A stretch of 64,000 bases of DNA. It comes from Ramazzottius varieornatus. Lineage: Eukaryota; Animalia; Tardigrada. A model generated the notes under the pieces. That model was not told the origin of the DNA. It saw nothing but the letters and a program-made list of their open reading frames with translations, and did not search any database. Location: positions 1,079,620-1,143,619 of the forward strand of contig BDGG01000004.1 of NCBI GenBank assembly GCA_001949185.1, written 5' to 3'. Positions 14,501 to 29,338 of this stretch are shown here, piece by piece. Made by a program: the position numbers and the translations under genes. Every line of letters begins with the position of its first letter. The first letter of the stretch is position 1.

Positions 14501-17500
14501 GAGTAGGTGTCGGAACTTGCCGACCACCGAGGGCTGGACTGGTCCAGCTCGATCCGGATGAAGAGGACTTGGCACCAGCGAGAACTTTGGCGTTAAGCAG
14601 GTTGCGTTGTCTTTCCAAGCTGGAAATATCGTTGTTCGACACTTCTGCAAAATTACAAAAAGATATTAGTGAAGAAATATTCCATGATTTCCCTTCATGA
14701 ATACGTACCTGATTTTTTTCTTTCGACGTTGGCTGTCCGGATAACTTTCTTTGCTGCGCCACCGAAAAGTGTCGACCAGGTCTTCACGTTGAAGTTCACC
14801 GCGACCAATCGATACAGCAGGTTAGAGTCCATAAGTACCAATCCGCTGGTTAGCAGCGACATGTAGACGGCCACCAGCGCTTCGACCAACAGAATATGCA
14901 ACTTCGGACTGTTATCGTCACGTTCTCGCGCCAGCAAAGCTCGCAATGACTGAACACCAGGCCACTTGCTGGGCTGACTGGTGGCCATCAGGCGCGGAGC
15001 GCTGTCCGACACGCTGACAGTGTTGCGGCGTCGCCTGCCTTGCATAGCTAATGTCTCGTATCCACCTTCAAGAAGGACAAACTTCATATACTAATTGAAT
15101 AAAACGAAAATATTCCACCAAATTTCCCAAAATTTAATGATAACATTACGAATCAGAATAACTTGGTTACCTGAATGCAGTAAGGCTTCGGCAAAGCCTT
15201 CCAAGATGGCTGAAGGTGCTTGTATCGCCTTGGCTTGAGTGGTATCGCTGTCGCAGAGCGACTGGTAGATGCAGGCCGATAAGGCAACGGAGATATCCCG
15301 AATGATGTAGACAACTCCGCCGTTCGTTCCTGTTGCGCTACCGATCAGTGGTGGCATCTTCCAGTCACCGATGGTCTTCAAGAGGTCCCGAGCCATGCGG
15401 TAGACGAACTTCACAGGATCGCTGGATATTGTCATTGGTCCTGTAAAAAAGAAAAATACCATCATGCTATCCGCGATGACGTCACGACGCGCCAATGGAT
15501 TGGGATATAAATCGATTTTCATTTTCACAGAAAAGCTCAATGAAGTACTTCGGGCGATTAATGAGAACGGATATTGGCACGAAACTGAATGCGAACCTGT
15601 GAGGAAAGCTGACAGGAGCGGAAGAGTGGTGAGGAACGGAAGTGGTGACAGCAGCTGTTGTTGCTGTTGCATGGAACTCAGGTAAAGCTCGTGGGCCAGC
15701 ACTGCCAGTTCCATATAGACCGAAGCTAGTCCTCCGCCATTAGCCCCGTAGATTTGGCAGAAATGAATGAGTGATCTCAACAACTGTTGATTCTGTCTCA
15801 ACCAAGCTTTCCGTTTAGCGATTCGCTGTAACCGAATGCCAAACTGGGCATTGTCTGCCATCAGGACCTGATGGGCTGCCAGTCTCAAAGATTCGTCTTC
15901 TTCATCCAGAGAACCATCCATCGGCTCAAATGTGCTGCTTGTTGCCTTTACCTGCATCCAAAATCCCCTACTCTGTCCAACCCAGTTTAATGCAAGGCCG
16001 AAACAATAATCAAGACGGTTATATATGTTGCTCAAGCACCTGCGTACACTTGCCCGCACGCTCATCACACTGTGACGTATGCATGTGCGCGCAGAGTGTT
16101 ACGATCTGTTACTCCTCATGATCTGGCAAAGGGCATGTATTATAAAATTAGCCCGAATGATGGATTACTCGGGACCTCACCTGCATCTGTTGTAGCTGAG
16201 AATGTAGACGTTGGCCGTTATACTGCGTCAAAATGCGAAGTATCTCCACTTCCTTCTCCAACCACATGTACAGCACGAACCGTAACTGACCACCGTCCGT
16301 CTCCATCCCTGTCGCCAAAGTGGCTAGTTCCTCCGTGAGTAGCTTCAGGCTAGCAATGAACTTGAGCTGCTGCGCCATAATGTCTGTTCGTTTATTCGCT
16401 GGGCTGGCGTTTGCTGGCTCCTGGGTAGCGGCACTGTCCCGAGACTTCCTCCAATCATCGTCCTTTGTTGCCGACCTACAAGACAAAATACTATCTTGAG
16501 AATGTCCTTCGATACTGTTAGTCTCTTCATCCTACTTGGTCTTCGGTAAGTCTTCAACCTCCTCGTCGTCTTCCTCATCATCATCCCAGTCTAGCTGCAA
16601 CGTGTCTTCGGCTTTGGTTTTCGACGTTCCAACCGATGGTGTTCCCCAGTCGAAGTTCTGCACTTCCTCCGCAGCAGCCGCTTTCTTTCCTCCATCGACC
16701 GCAGTCGCCACTGTACTCTCATCACCATCAAGAATAAACTCAGGTAGCTTACACAGTACCTCTAAAGCCAGTTGTGGGCATCCAGCACGGAAGTAGACGT
16801 TGGCGGTCTTAAAAAACAGACGTCGCTCTACTGAAGTAATAGTGTCCTTCTTCTGGACTTTGGCACCAGCTTCGGTGACTTGCCGTAACACGATGGGATG
16901 GTTACGGAGAAAGTCGTAAAAGTTGAAGACTCCAGGCTCGGCTTGACCACCCAGATCTTGATTGTCTTCTTCGAGTAGAGTCTGCAGAGCTTCCGTATAC
17001 TCACGCAGCATCCAGTACGCCATACTCTTCAAGAACGCATCGTTTCTCCAGCTTTCCTCTTCTGGCGAGTGACCTTCTTCCCCAGCACTCTCGATCACAT
17101 AGTTCTATGAAGCAAACCAACATCGGTTCGAAAAACACTTCGCTTTATAGTTCAAAGAAACGAGTGGATCTATTTCCTCATCAGCCTGTATACAGTGAGC
17201 CGTTTATTGCCAAATAGTTAAGTATGTAGGTGCATGAAATACGCTCTTGTTGTTTACCTTGAGAATGTGGATGAGATGAGGACTCGTTGTCCCGAAGTCG
17301 TCTCCTTCGTACAACCGAACAACGGTTAAGGCTAGCTGGACATCATGAAGCTTGGTCATAATGATATCGACAGCGTCTTTGATGGCACCGGCCAGCAAGA
17401 AGAAAGCCGCCGCATGCTCGAAGCGCTGCTTGCCCAGCAGAGCAAACGCGTTCTTCAAGGCAGCTTTCCGCCAACGATCTTCCTTGAAGTCATTGCTGAA

Positions 17501-20500
17501 GAAGTCGATCATCCGCTCATTACGAACCAACTTGAACAAGGCAGCCAGCACATTCTTGCGCTTCATGGCTAGGTAGAACAAGGCCGCGTCCAGCGGCTCC
17601 TGCGAAGCCTACGAAGAGTTAACAGATTACTTCTGAAATCTCTGAAAGGTCGAAAATATCATCAGCCAACCTGAAACACGTTTTTCGCCAGCTTTTCGAT
17701 TAGGGTCCTAAACGCCGCGTTGTTCTTCAGCCACCAAACCAGGCCAAGTTGTCGAATATCGGTCCACTTCAGTTCGTCATGGTGAATGTTGGTTATGGCC
17801 TGCAACAGCTCCTGATGGTTCTCCGAATGGAATGCCCAAGCGATGTAGCTCGAGTCTATTCCCTGCTTCTTCAGTTTGGCTCGCTGTTTCTTAGGCATAC
17901 AGCGAAGGACATAGAGGTGCTGCCGCACTGCCAACAGGTACCTCAAACCACAAGCATCAACGTTCTCCGCCATGGACTGCTGAGTATCGTCTCCTCCGTA
18001 AGACTGGTCGTCCACGGTTAGACTGCCACTACAATTGGCTACGGTGTCGGCTAAAGCCAGTAAGTGCATTTGGTCCTGGGTGGACAGACCAGGGAGATGC
18101 ATGTGAGTGAGCAAGCCGACCAGCTGTTTGGCTTGACGTGGACCGAAGGCGAACATGTCACGCTTCGAAGGTGACTGACTGCGCCGACTCTTTCGGCGAC
18201 TTGGACTGAACCCTTCATCGCTGCCTAGGACATCATCCAAGGAAAGGTCCTCTTGTCCAGCGGAAGCATCGAAGAGCGCTCCGTAATCCTCTTTCTCGTC
18301 ACGCTGACCTGAAATACAGAACGCACATTACGACGGCATCACATATTATGTGACATCTGAATATGGTATGTCATATGACATTACCCATGTCACTACAATG
18401 AAATACAAAATGTCATGTCACATGACTCTTGGTAAACTGACATGACATGACGTTGCTGGGAGGGTAGGGGCTTACCGGTGTAATTGTCCGATTGGAAGAG
18501 TGCGAAGAGCGGCAAAGGTGGAATCGAGTCAATTTCGATATAGTCTAGTTCAAAGTCTTCCACCATATCCCGGCTACCTCCCTCGTTAGTCGGTGTCAGC
18601 ATAACAGACTTCCGGCGTCGGTTGAGCGACAACTGTCGCGACAAACCCGAACGCCGTCCACCTTCGTCCAGCTCGTCATCGCCCTCTTGTCTCTCGAGAC
18701 CATCATCGGCTCCAGCAGGCACCGAGCTCTTGATACAACGCAGAAGGTGCGCTAGAATGGCTTGAACGCGTCTTAGTCGCCCAAAATTCAAAAGCTCCGT
18801 CAGCTGCTTGGGATGGTACTGTGGTAGGACGGGAGAAGCCATTCGAGCTGCCTCGAACAAACCCCGATCGACTATCACCGCGTCTTCGTCCATTCCAGCT
18901 TCTCCTGAAAATATATTGTTAGTGTTGACCTAGTCAGTACTGCGAGAATCCTCACTACCTTTAGCGCCATGTAGGTTCTTCTCCACCGTTTTCCGTGTCT
19001 TATGCTTTGCCAAGTTGTTAGTAGACATGAGGGAAGGTAGCGTCTTGTTGACTTTCATGCGACTGGGTGCAGCACCCATCTTGATCAAGTTGTAGTCTGA
19101 TAGGTCGCGAGCGTCAGTAGCGGCTGCAGCTGTGGCAGTTTCCTGATGTGACACCATGCCGGGAGACACTTTACTGTTCTTCCACTGTGAGTACACGTAC
19201 ATCTCGTTGTCCATCCCCAGTACTAACAGACCTGTTCGCACCCAGGTCAACTGGTTGGGTACAGCGGGTGCGCCACCTTGATCGTCCAGCACGATCAATC
19301 GTATCCTCATCCATCTACAACGAAATCCGACAAATACTTGTAAAAGTCTCGTACGAAGCAATGAGAATCTAACTGGGACCTAGGCAAGCAAACTCAACCA
19401 GATCACACCAAGTGACGCATACTTTCAGACAGTCATACTGAAAACGTGCGCCACCTAGAAAAGCAATCTTGTCGAGTTCGTTTGCCGAACTCGCAGTTGA
19501 TGATTTCTTGCTCACGTCCTTACCGATAAAGGCCTTTGCTGGGTGGTGCAGCAAAGCTACTGGCCTGCCTCAGCACCGCTCGACGGCTAGTGGTGGCAGC
19601 CTCCGCCATAACCTTCATGTTCTGCTGAGCGATGTCACTGCTAACTGCCGCGAAGATCATGATTTGCGAGCTCAGTGCCACCGTCAGTACATGCGAACCG
19701 TCTTCGGTCGAGACCCAGTCCAGCGTCACTGATTGCTTGTTCACTTTCTGTCGACCATCGTGTTGGTCTCCGAATGTCTTGCGGAAACACTGCATGGAAG
19801 GGACACTGGGAAGGAAGTTCTCGTGACCTGACAGGTATCTTGACAAGTTCTCGACACTCTGCTTCTCTCGTCGAATGGCCAAGAAGGACTCTTCGGCGTC
19901 GGGCAGAGGCGAAGCGGCGGAAGAGGCAGCAAACTGCACAGCTCGTACTGCGATCTTGTCTTCCTGAATCCATTCTGAGCCTCCGGTTGACTCACACTCG
20001 AAGACGGCTACCGTGATGTTCTGGTGGGCATTGTGGTCTCGATCTTGACGAATGTGGTCGACGCTGGCTTTGTATGCGCAAGCGATCCTTGCACTAAAGG
20101 CGCAGCTCAACCCTATAAACCATAGTAAATTTTTGTAAAGCATCAGGAATATTTTCAGAAATGTCGTCCGTGATAGCTATTCATAAATTTCATCACCGTT
20201 ACACTTACAACATCAACGTTTTTCCAGCTAAGTGAATGATACACTTTTTTGGGCTGCCAAATGGATTACCAAACGCGACCATAACAGTTCAGGATGAAAT
20301 TACCTAGAATTTTTCCAGGGACAGTGAGGCTGCTCGAATGTCCCAGCATGGTGCGCCACTCTTCCCAGTAGTAACTCTGCTTCCGGCCTTCCACTTCCTC
20401 CGTAATGTGGCATCGCCAAAACCTGACCGTTCCATCGGAACATGCCGTCGCCAGCAAGTAGGGTGCATAGCAGGCTGGGTAGATGGCCGACGAGCTCAAG

Positions 20501-23500
20501 TGCCCCGCTGCCGGAGTGGCATGCACGACCTCCACATGCGATGGTAACGGTAACAGCTGGTGACATACCTTCAGAGAAACCGACGGTTATACAAACTTTC
20601 CTCGCATGGTTTTGTGTTCGAACAAGGAAAAGAGCGTACCTTTTCCGTGATGATCTTCATGTTGGCCGGTGTCAGTTTCTGTTGGGTGTTGACGCCAACA
20701 GCGCTGGCTGTTTGGTGTGGGTCTTCGCCGTCACTCAGCGCAGACTCTGGACGCCAAGTGTGGTCGATGTCGGCTGGTGGTGTGTGATCTTGCGTGGGCT
20801 TACACGACAGTCGGATGGACCACATATGCAACAGTGAGCCGTTGGTCTTCTCATTCTTCTCCATGACTGCCAGGTAGAAAGTCTCTTCGAAGTTGGTCAG
20901 GCTGGAGAGGTCGACCACTGACTCTAGCTGGTCACCTGGAGCACCGCCGCCGGGATGCCATGAGGAAAGGTCTGTTTTACCACGGAGAACGTTCTCACTG
21001 TAGATGTGCAGGAACTGCGTATTGTGCCAGTTCTACAAAAGAGATAAGATCCCATTATAGGTTCTATCTTGACCGATTCATCGCTTTAGTATAATCATCT
21101 TAAAGGGAGTTTTTTAGCGTGTCGGACTTACGTGCTTAGCATCGACGACCGTATCCAGTGCCAAGATGCAACCGGGATGAATGCCTGACTGGAGGCTGAC
21201 GATGTTGAAACCGTCATCTCTTAAAGCATCGATTTCACTGCGGTCACCCAACGATGATATGGAACTGACCATCGACTCGCTGTTGGGCTATAATGACCAA
21301 ACACTCGATGAAACGAAACCCTATCGGTGCTAGTGTCTATCGATTTGTTGAACTGCAAAGTACATACCAAAGGTTTCCGCATGTCAGCATACATATGCGC
21401 CAGTATCAACTGGGCATCAATGACGGCTTGGAAGATGCGTAGAGAGTGGCCATCCGAAGCCACGAAGCAGGCACTGGAAGTCTGCGACAAGTTGCCCAAG
21501 GTCCAGGGCGGAAGCAGCGTGGGTATCCAAGCACAGTCCGAAAAGGCGCTCAGTTCGGGTGAGTTGATACGAGCCAGCTCCGTTATACCTGCAACCAGAC
21601 CAATGTTGACTTCTCTCTTCCTTCGTCTTCGCTTAGCCAAGCGATTAAACTCACCTCCCGATTTGGACAGCGGTCCAACAGGTTCGACCTTCCACAGGAT
21701 CAGTTCGCTGCACAGTCCCTGACCCAGATTGCCTAAGGGCCCTTTTGCAAGCGCCGGCGTCCTCAGTTCTCCGTTCTGCTTTCCTTGGGTACCTCTATTG
21801 TGGTGGCTGGTAGTCAACAGTAGCGGTAACACCGGATGGCTGACCATATCGTTGACACTGAACCTATGACCACACACTCGTCCACTGTGGTTCAAGCTAA
21901 CCACCGTGGAAAACTCTGCGGCGTCCGAAAAGTTCACTTTCCATAAATTCAAAGAGCCATTCAGATGACATGAAATCATTGACACTGTTGGTGCATCGAG
22001 GACTGTCTCGGGACTGTCTTGCCACAAAGCAGTCCTGTCATCGGACAACTACAAGGACGAAGGAACATTTTTAGTGTGATCAATCGGAATGTTTTGCAGT
22101 CAGAGTTCTGTCATGACTAACCTTCAACATGGAATACACGTCGAGGTACGAGGAATGTGTGAAGTAAACTTCGAGGTTGCTGCACGCGGTCACGGCGTCT
22201 CCCAGCGGGAGAGCATGCGGAATACGGGAAGCGAAGCTGACGTGTGGCTGTCGGAACATGCCTGGCCCTTCTTCATCTAGCCACTCTACCAACCACACCA
22301 GGAAACTTCCGTCGAGCGGGTGAATGCTGAAGAGGAGGTCGGCATTCTTGTGCCAATATCTGACCAAGTTGTCGATGTCCCTGTCTAACGTATCACCTGG
22401 CGTGCCTCCGTTGGATTCTCCTGCAAGCATCAACGGTAAACAACTTATCAGCAAAGTTCCATAGCGAAATTTGCTCTCACCAGCGTTAGAAGCCGTGCTA
22501 ATGCTTCGCTGGGTATTCGGTGTAGCTTCCCGTCGATGTGCATTGGTGCTCGTGACACTCATCGTTTCCGACTCTTCAAAAAGTTCGTGAGACTTATTCC
22601 GTGGCATCCGGATCTTCTTCCGAATGCTATTGAAAGTGCCGGCTTTCTTCTTGCCGCTTCTGCTGCGGTTGTCCGTGGCCGACATGGGTGTGTGTGCGGT
22701 TGATGGAATTGACCCCGGTGTTTCGGCTCCTTCCATCACGTCTTCATCCTCCTCGTCCATTACATCAGGGGACGCCACATCGTCGGCCCTATCTGCTCGC
22801 AGTGCTTTCTTACACAACTCGTGAAGCAGCTTCTCAGCTTGCCATGTGAAGTTCATGTCTTTGTTGTTCAACCAATGGATAACGAAACTTATTGGCTGAC
22901 CGGAATTGGCTGACAGTAATGGAACGAGCGGAATGTCGGTGTCAGCGTTGATACTCAGGGCTAAGTGGAAATGACATTCTGGAGAAATGGCTGTGCCGTG
23001 CACGCCAAACTTGTGCAGATCGTGGCTACTCATAACACTCAGCATGTTCACTGTGGGTTCTTTACCGAGGCTGGCGGACTCTTCACCAAGCTCGTGATGG
23101 AAAACCGACGGTACCTGAAAATGTAATTATGTGTTGTTTATTGATCGTTAATTCAAACTTCACAATCGTTTATTTTAACTCGATACCTGTAGATTGTCCC
23201 GTTGGATAGTGGCTTTCTTGAAGGCTTTACGCATATAGCGGAAGCGTTCCACGAACTTGTGCTTGTGACGCTGCTGACGGTACTTTCCACCAGCAGCCAG
23301 ACGACCATTCTGCGCGGTTTCCTGCAGTTGCTGCAAATGGGTTATGTTCAGAAGACCGTCATCTGGTAAAACCGTTTCCATCCATAAGCGGGATATATTA
23401 TCCAGCGATGATGTCAGCAACATATTCGCCACACCGCCTCTGAAATAAGAAAACCGTTTAATAGTCTTCTAAACCCACTATAGCGGATAAACTGGATACT

Positions 23501-24478
23501 TACTTGGGCATATAGCGACTAGTTTTCCGCCATGAGAAAGTAGTAACAGCTCGCGGATGTGAAAGGTAGACAAAAGAGTACTCCAGGTCTTGATGAAGCT
23601 GACTCCCATGGCTTCCATCCATCGTACTTGGGAAGATGAGCTTCCGGCCTTGGTACCAGACTTTAACAAGACGATCGCCCTTGGCCACACTAGCAAACAA
23701 CCTTCCATCGGGAGAAAACTGTATGTGTGCAACCGGGACAGCTGTTCGGCACTGCCAGACTTCCTTCCATTGGCTATTACTTCCGTCCACCTGCTGGCCG
23801 TCATGCTCGCCCAGTGAGAAGCTAACACCGAAGCCATTGCTTTGAGCTGGAGCCGCGGTTAAAGTCGAGGTTATGGCTGTTTCCAGCATGTCTTCGAGGA
23901 TGACGGGAGCAGCCCACATTTGGAGGGTATGCTGACCAGCGATGAGCAATCGCGTGCCTAAATATGGGTGAATCAGTAACGCACCTACGATCTATAACGG
24001 ACAATGCTGGGCGTACCTTCCTGGTTCCATGCTAGAGCGTAGACAGGTGCCAAGCACTGGATCAGCGCTGTTTCAGTCCATTGGTAGTCCAAGCGATGAT
24101 TGCTAGAGCGGTGGAAGACGGGCGCGGGTTCATAGATGTGGACAGTCGTACCTCGACACGCGGCGATCTTGCCAGTGTCTGATGAGCATTCAAGACAGGC
24201 CACTTCTTCACTGATGTTGTCTTGAGCAGCAGTGCCCGGGATGATCTGAACCCTCTGGAAATCGCTCGAGAGGATCACAATGTCATTCGCGGTGGCATAT
24301 GCCTGTATAAAAACATGGCTCTAGCTCCTAATTCAGTTTGTGGACTCAGCAAAGTTTGTGGACCATTAAAGAGGATGATCAAATGACTTACGGTAAAGTT
24401 GACGCCTTCGACAGTGCCAACAGCGTAGCAGTGGTCGCCAGTATTCACAGCACCCGTGATCACCTGATGTCGATTCAT
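11551..24478 (-). CDS. DMXL: DmX-like protein / Rabconnectin-3 alpha (WD40 repeats + Rav1p_C domain), many exons
   Basis: N-terminus MNRHQVITGAVN.GD, LPQYHPKQLTELLNFG, RWRKAALKNAFALLGKQRFEHAAAFFLLAG, DIMAQQLKFIASLK, and C-terminal WD40 repeats ending LFSCGADG. Confidence 0.95.
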
Positions 24479-25372
24479 TCTGCAGTTACTGTTGCGTAGT
24501 CGAGACCCTCATGGATGTCCTAGACAGTTTTAGTTCTCGCTCGACTTCTTGCCGAACATTCGTGATGCCAGATCTACAACAGCCAAAACATTAGGTGCTG
24601 CGAGCAGTATCCCTTTGGCGCAGCATCGAGACTTATAGCATGCCTAGAGTCGAAATCGATCAGAGCAGCAGGTCGACAACACCAGCAAGCTGTACTACTT
24701 ACGATGCCTAGTCAGTAGGAAAGTGCTTGTCGACTACATCCCGTTACTTCCGTCCCTTGTGACACAAAATTCCCGTCCTCAGGTTGTGCTCAACTGGACC
24801 AGTCAGGCGTTTCCAGCCATTAACTCACATCCAGCCAGCAGTTCATTACGAGAAGATCCAACTGCGCAGATAAGCTCCTGTCCAGACTAGGATGCTGTCT
24901 CGTGGCCGTAGAAGACAAACAGAAGTCTGTCTGGAAGGGAAGAAGAGAAGAATGAATTAGAAGTCCCCTGCAAGAAATTTTGAGAATTAGTCCAGTCCAT
25001 TGATTTAAGTCATTTGATTGAAGCTCTGATGCCGTTCCTGCACTGATTGGTGGACGGAAGTTGCTACCCACCCACCCTTTTCCTTGCGCAGCAATGTTAT
25101 CATTTGTCATCATCGAAAACTCCGTCTTCCGATTTCCGACGCTCTCCTAGCACTCCCTTGTATCTGAAGGATCTTTTGTGAAAGTGTGGCAAGAACGCGA
25201 ATATCTAACGAAACTGCGTCTGCAATATTTAAGCTTCATCATCGTTGCTCTCGTTGGAGGCTGGCCATCTACTGCAGCACACACGGTAAGCGAGAAGCAT
25301 CATATGATTTGACACTTGACACTTGACATTTGACAGTATACTGCAGCATAAGTTGATTCCTGTAGGCTTTGT

Positions 25373-28300
25373 GATGGCACACGAGGAGGGCAAGGATTCC
25401 CAGGAACCCCAGCCTCAGGAGGAGGTGAATGGAGAAACTGGGCACTCCGCTCAACCCTCCACCGAGCCCAACTCTGAATCTCCAATAAGCATCGGTCCCT
25501 CCGTCGAAGAAGCTAGTTTCCCAAGGACTCCATCAGCCTCTCCGCTCGTTCTTGGCAATGACTTGCTATCGAGTTTACCTTCAACTAGTCAACCCAAGTC
25601 ACCTAACGATAACCTGGGTCGGGAAAGCGACACAATGTTCAGTGGCGATCTGGACGTTCAGACTGTAAGTCGTAATCTACCAAGCTTATTAATTGCGTTT
25701 GTTACTATCTGATTGCTGTTGCAGACTTCAAACACCGACGACTGGCAAGAAGAACCATCAGCGATGAATCGAACTTCCTCTGAGATGATGAACAACAACC
25801 CACCTCCCGCCTCGAATAATACCACTTCGGTGTCTAATGTCCTACCAGACATACTGGGTGAAAATTCCTTCTCTTCTGTGAAGGCGGACTTGCTGGCAAA
25901 GATGAAGAAAATCGATGGGTTGATCCTCAACGCACAGCAGATTCAAGCGAAATATCATGGAGTTGACTCGGACAGCCTCCGCTGTACGTTTCTAGTCTGA
26001 TTTATTCCTTTCTTCAAATCTCAAAGTTTCTATGTGGCTATTTTTTAGCAATCGAAGACATGCTCCACAAATTATACAACCAGAAAGTGGAGTTACAGAA
26101 CGAGTTGGCCCTTCTCCTGGTACGATACACTTGCGTCGCGAAAACTACCGATGGCCAAGCGCAGTTACAAGTAAGGTTAGAAATTACCGCACCGGGGTTA
26201 TGCTGGGGTTCTATTTTTAGACCGTCAACGACAAGATCGCTGGCCCTCCCGATCAGTCAACTTCCGGTCGTCACTCAGGCGCCGAAGCCCCTATTAGTAG
26301 ACCACAACCACCTCTTCCAGTCAAGACCGCGCCGATCGCCACCGCTACTTCTTCCCCAGCAGTGACCGATGGTTCGTCGCAACAAATGAACCTCGCGAAG
26401 TCCATCAAAGACCTAACGAACAACCTACGAGACATCACCAAGCAAAAAGTCGATCTGGAAAAGATGGTCCAGGTAGAATATTTTCAACCAGCGCTTACTG
26501 TTCTGATTTCTTTCTTTCTCGAGTGGAGGTTTTTCCCGCAAAATGTAATTAGAAATTCCACAAGCAAACTTTGGCAAGGTTGCTACCTAAGCCTAAGTGG
26601 CATACGTTATCAGTGACATTGGCTGAAAACTTGCGCCACTTCGAAGCATTATCTTGCCAACTTTGTATGCCCAAGTCGCAATTTATATTTGTATTTCTTA
26701 CCAGGTTTTGCACGTTCGGAAGTCTCAGGCACAGTCCAAGGAAGAAGCTGAGCACTTCGGTATTCTAATTCACCGACACGAAGTCCAGGTGAAGGAGCTG
26801 GATCGTACGGTGAATGATGCGGGTGAGACACTAGTCAGCATGAAGCAGATTCAAGCGCGTATGGAGGGAAACGTGGAAGATGAGGAAGAAGTGCAACCGG
26901 ATCCTTCCTTGATTGCTTTGCGTTCTCGGCTGAAACAGATGCGAACTCGCCTGGACGACATCACTCAAGACGAGCAACCTCAGTCATCCAGCAGCATTCT
27001 ACACGAAAATACCATTGTACCACCGAGCCTGTACGATAACCAACGAGGCTTCCGCATCCTTGCTGGTCGACATGACCAAGAAAATCTCGAACAATACCAA
27101 CCACAAACACAGCAGAAACTGCCTCACCAGCAACAGCACCCACAGTCTCAGAGAGGTTTCCGCTTACAGACAGCCGATCTGATGTTCCCGGCCGAGGGAC
27201 CGGGTCAGAACAGGGACTTGAATAACACGGGGAAAGCGCAGACAGACAATCGGGACGTGAACGAGCGTTACTACAACCGTTTCGTTATTGACAATATCCA
27301 CAGCGGTAATGCCGGCCAGCATCCGCCGATGATGGATGATCAGCGACCGTTTTCCTATGTGCCGTTGAATGACGAACCTTCGTCGGATAGTGAGGTTGAG
27401 CATGCGGCGGAAATGAAGCTACAACAGCTACAAGCCATGTACAACACAACACCAAAGAAGAATCTGAATTCGCGAAGCTGGAAGAACGCGGCTGGTTCTT
27501 CGAGGACTTATGAAGACGGAAGTGTGGGAGGGCAGAATGAGCTGATGCCGGAGATGTTGAACTCGCTTCAGGTATGAACAAGCTCGATTCTCGATTGTTT
27601 TCAGGTAATTTCGTGATACAGCAGCTAACAGAAAAGTCATTGGAAGGAAAAGCTATTCACATAATGAAAATTTTTTTAGACGATGATTAGTGAGCAACAG
27701 AAGATGCTGAACTACTGCGCTGGTTTTGTGTCAAAGCAGCAGAATACTCAGTCCCCGACGCCAGATGGTGGGACTTCGTCCATGCAAAGGCAGGATCGCG
27801 AGCGGATTCCCTTCATTAATAACACTCTTCGGGAAATGCCGCAGTATTTGTACAACGTACCTCCTCCTAGCGGTCGTCATCGTTCGAAACCTCGACGCGA
27901 TAACACTGGGTATGTGGCTACAGGTGGCTTGCTGAACAATCAGGTGAGACTTAGCAGGTCTCTTTTCGGCTTAATTCCCATGGGTAATGTTGGGCGTTTA
28001 TTTGTAGAGAAACGACGCTCGGATGTCTTCAGTCTCTCCTAACATCGGTGATTTTGCTCGTTCATCTGACTACTGTGATAATCGCGAAACAGGCCGACAT
28101 CAGAACAGATCGACAGTGTCAAGAGCGGATCAGTAAGTTGATTCTACGAGGACTTGTGCTCATAATCAATGGTCTTACCTGGTTCTTTCGGTTGGTTTTA
28201 TAGGGCAGCACCGATACGAGAGCTGATGGAGACGATTCTACACCAGTATGAGCACGACCTGGGTTCGCTGCACTACATGCTGGACTGCCTATCAGCCGTC

Positions 28301-29338
28301 CGCACCAAACAAGGCCGAGCCAGTGTGGCCGCCCAACTGGGTATGGCTGTGGCTGTGGAATGTGCCAGAGACGACAAGCAGCATACCCGTAGTGTTCTTC
28401 CTCCTCCGGCTGCCTTCGATCGAGACTCGCAAACTCTGCTAACAGCTGCGCGTTCCTGCTCTGCCGTACTGTCGGATCGACCCAATGGTTTCCAGGTGTT
28501 ACCTTCGCGCCAGAGGCCAGCGGAAGAATACCGCCGTCGAGCTCAACCTGCTACCAGTACTTTGGTAATACTTTTGGCTGCTAGCGTTTGTGGGTCTTCA
28601 AAATATATTCGAGATATCAAGTAACAGTGCTTCTTGATGCAGGGTCGAGTGGCGCCCGATCTGGTGGGCTCCGGTGGTACCCGATTAGCGGAAACCGGAA
28701 GGAACTCGTATCCTTCTGGCTATGATGATCGGAAGATGGCACAGTAAGATGAAATAAAAAGATTGGAACCGTGTCTTTAAGTTGACTGGTATTGCAGAGG
28801 AGACGCGTATGGCATGTCCACTGTCTCTCGGTTTCGTCAGGGAAGCAACAATGGATCCTTGATCGATTATGTCCAGCAGAGAGTTCAGCAGATCCGTTCC
28901 GAAGATGGACTTTCGGTGAGGTGGATTACTGTGCTCGTTTTTTATTTTCACCGTCGAAACTTCAAAACTTTTTGACACACTTGATGCTTTCGTTTTAGCT
29001 TCCGCAAAGCGCAAACAGTTACCCCTTTACGACCAACAGTATGACGCAGTCAGACGAAATGATTAATAACGCTATCCGCATGGGACTTCCGGTGAGCCGA
29101 TATTCATATTGGTCCATCTATTTTTAGTCGTATCATAGATCTAATAGTCGATCCAACGTTCATTTGACGGTTGGTTTTGTTTATTACAGCGCAACAATGG
29201 GCTTCAAGGGGGAGCGAACAGCTACTTAGCTAGTAATAACGGCGTTCTCACTTCCGACGATTACTGCGATCCGCAGTCTGGAGCCAGCGGTGCTAGTGCG
29301 GACTATGATATGGTCAGGGACTTTGGACAGAACATGTG
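25373..29338 (+). CDS. Coiled-coil protein, candidate divergent pericentriolar material 1 (PCM1)-like, multi-exon
   Basis: Many GT-AG exons with coiled-coil and low-complexity segments. PIRELMETILHQYEHDLGSLHYMLDCLSAVRTKQGRASVAAQL and GSLIDYVQQRVQQI resemble recalled PCM1_C helices. Identity is tentative. Confidence 0.5.

Noticed and set aside
7328-24478. KICS2 near DmX as a lysosome/mTORC1/V-ATPase functional cluster
   Set aside because: Adjacency of two genes in a compact genome is not evidence of co-regulation without synteny data.
25308-25336. ttgacac 7-mer tandem repeat
   Set aside because: A simple short slippage repeat with no further support.
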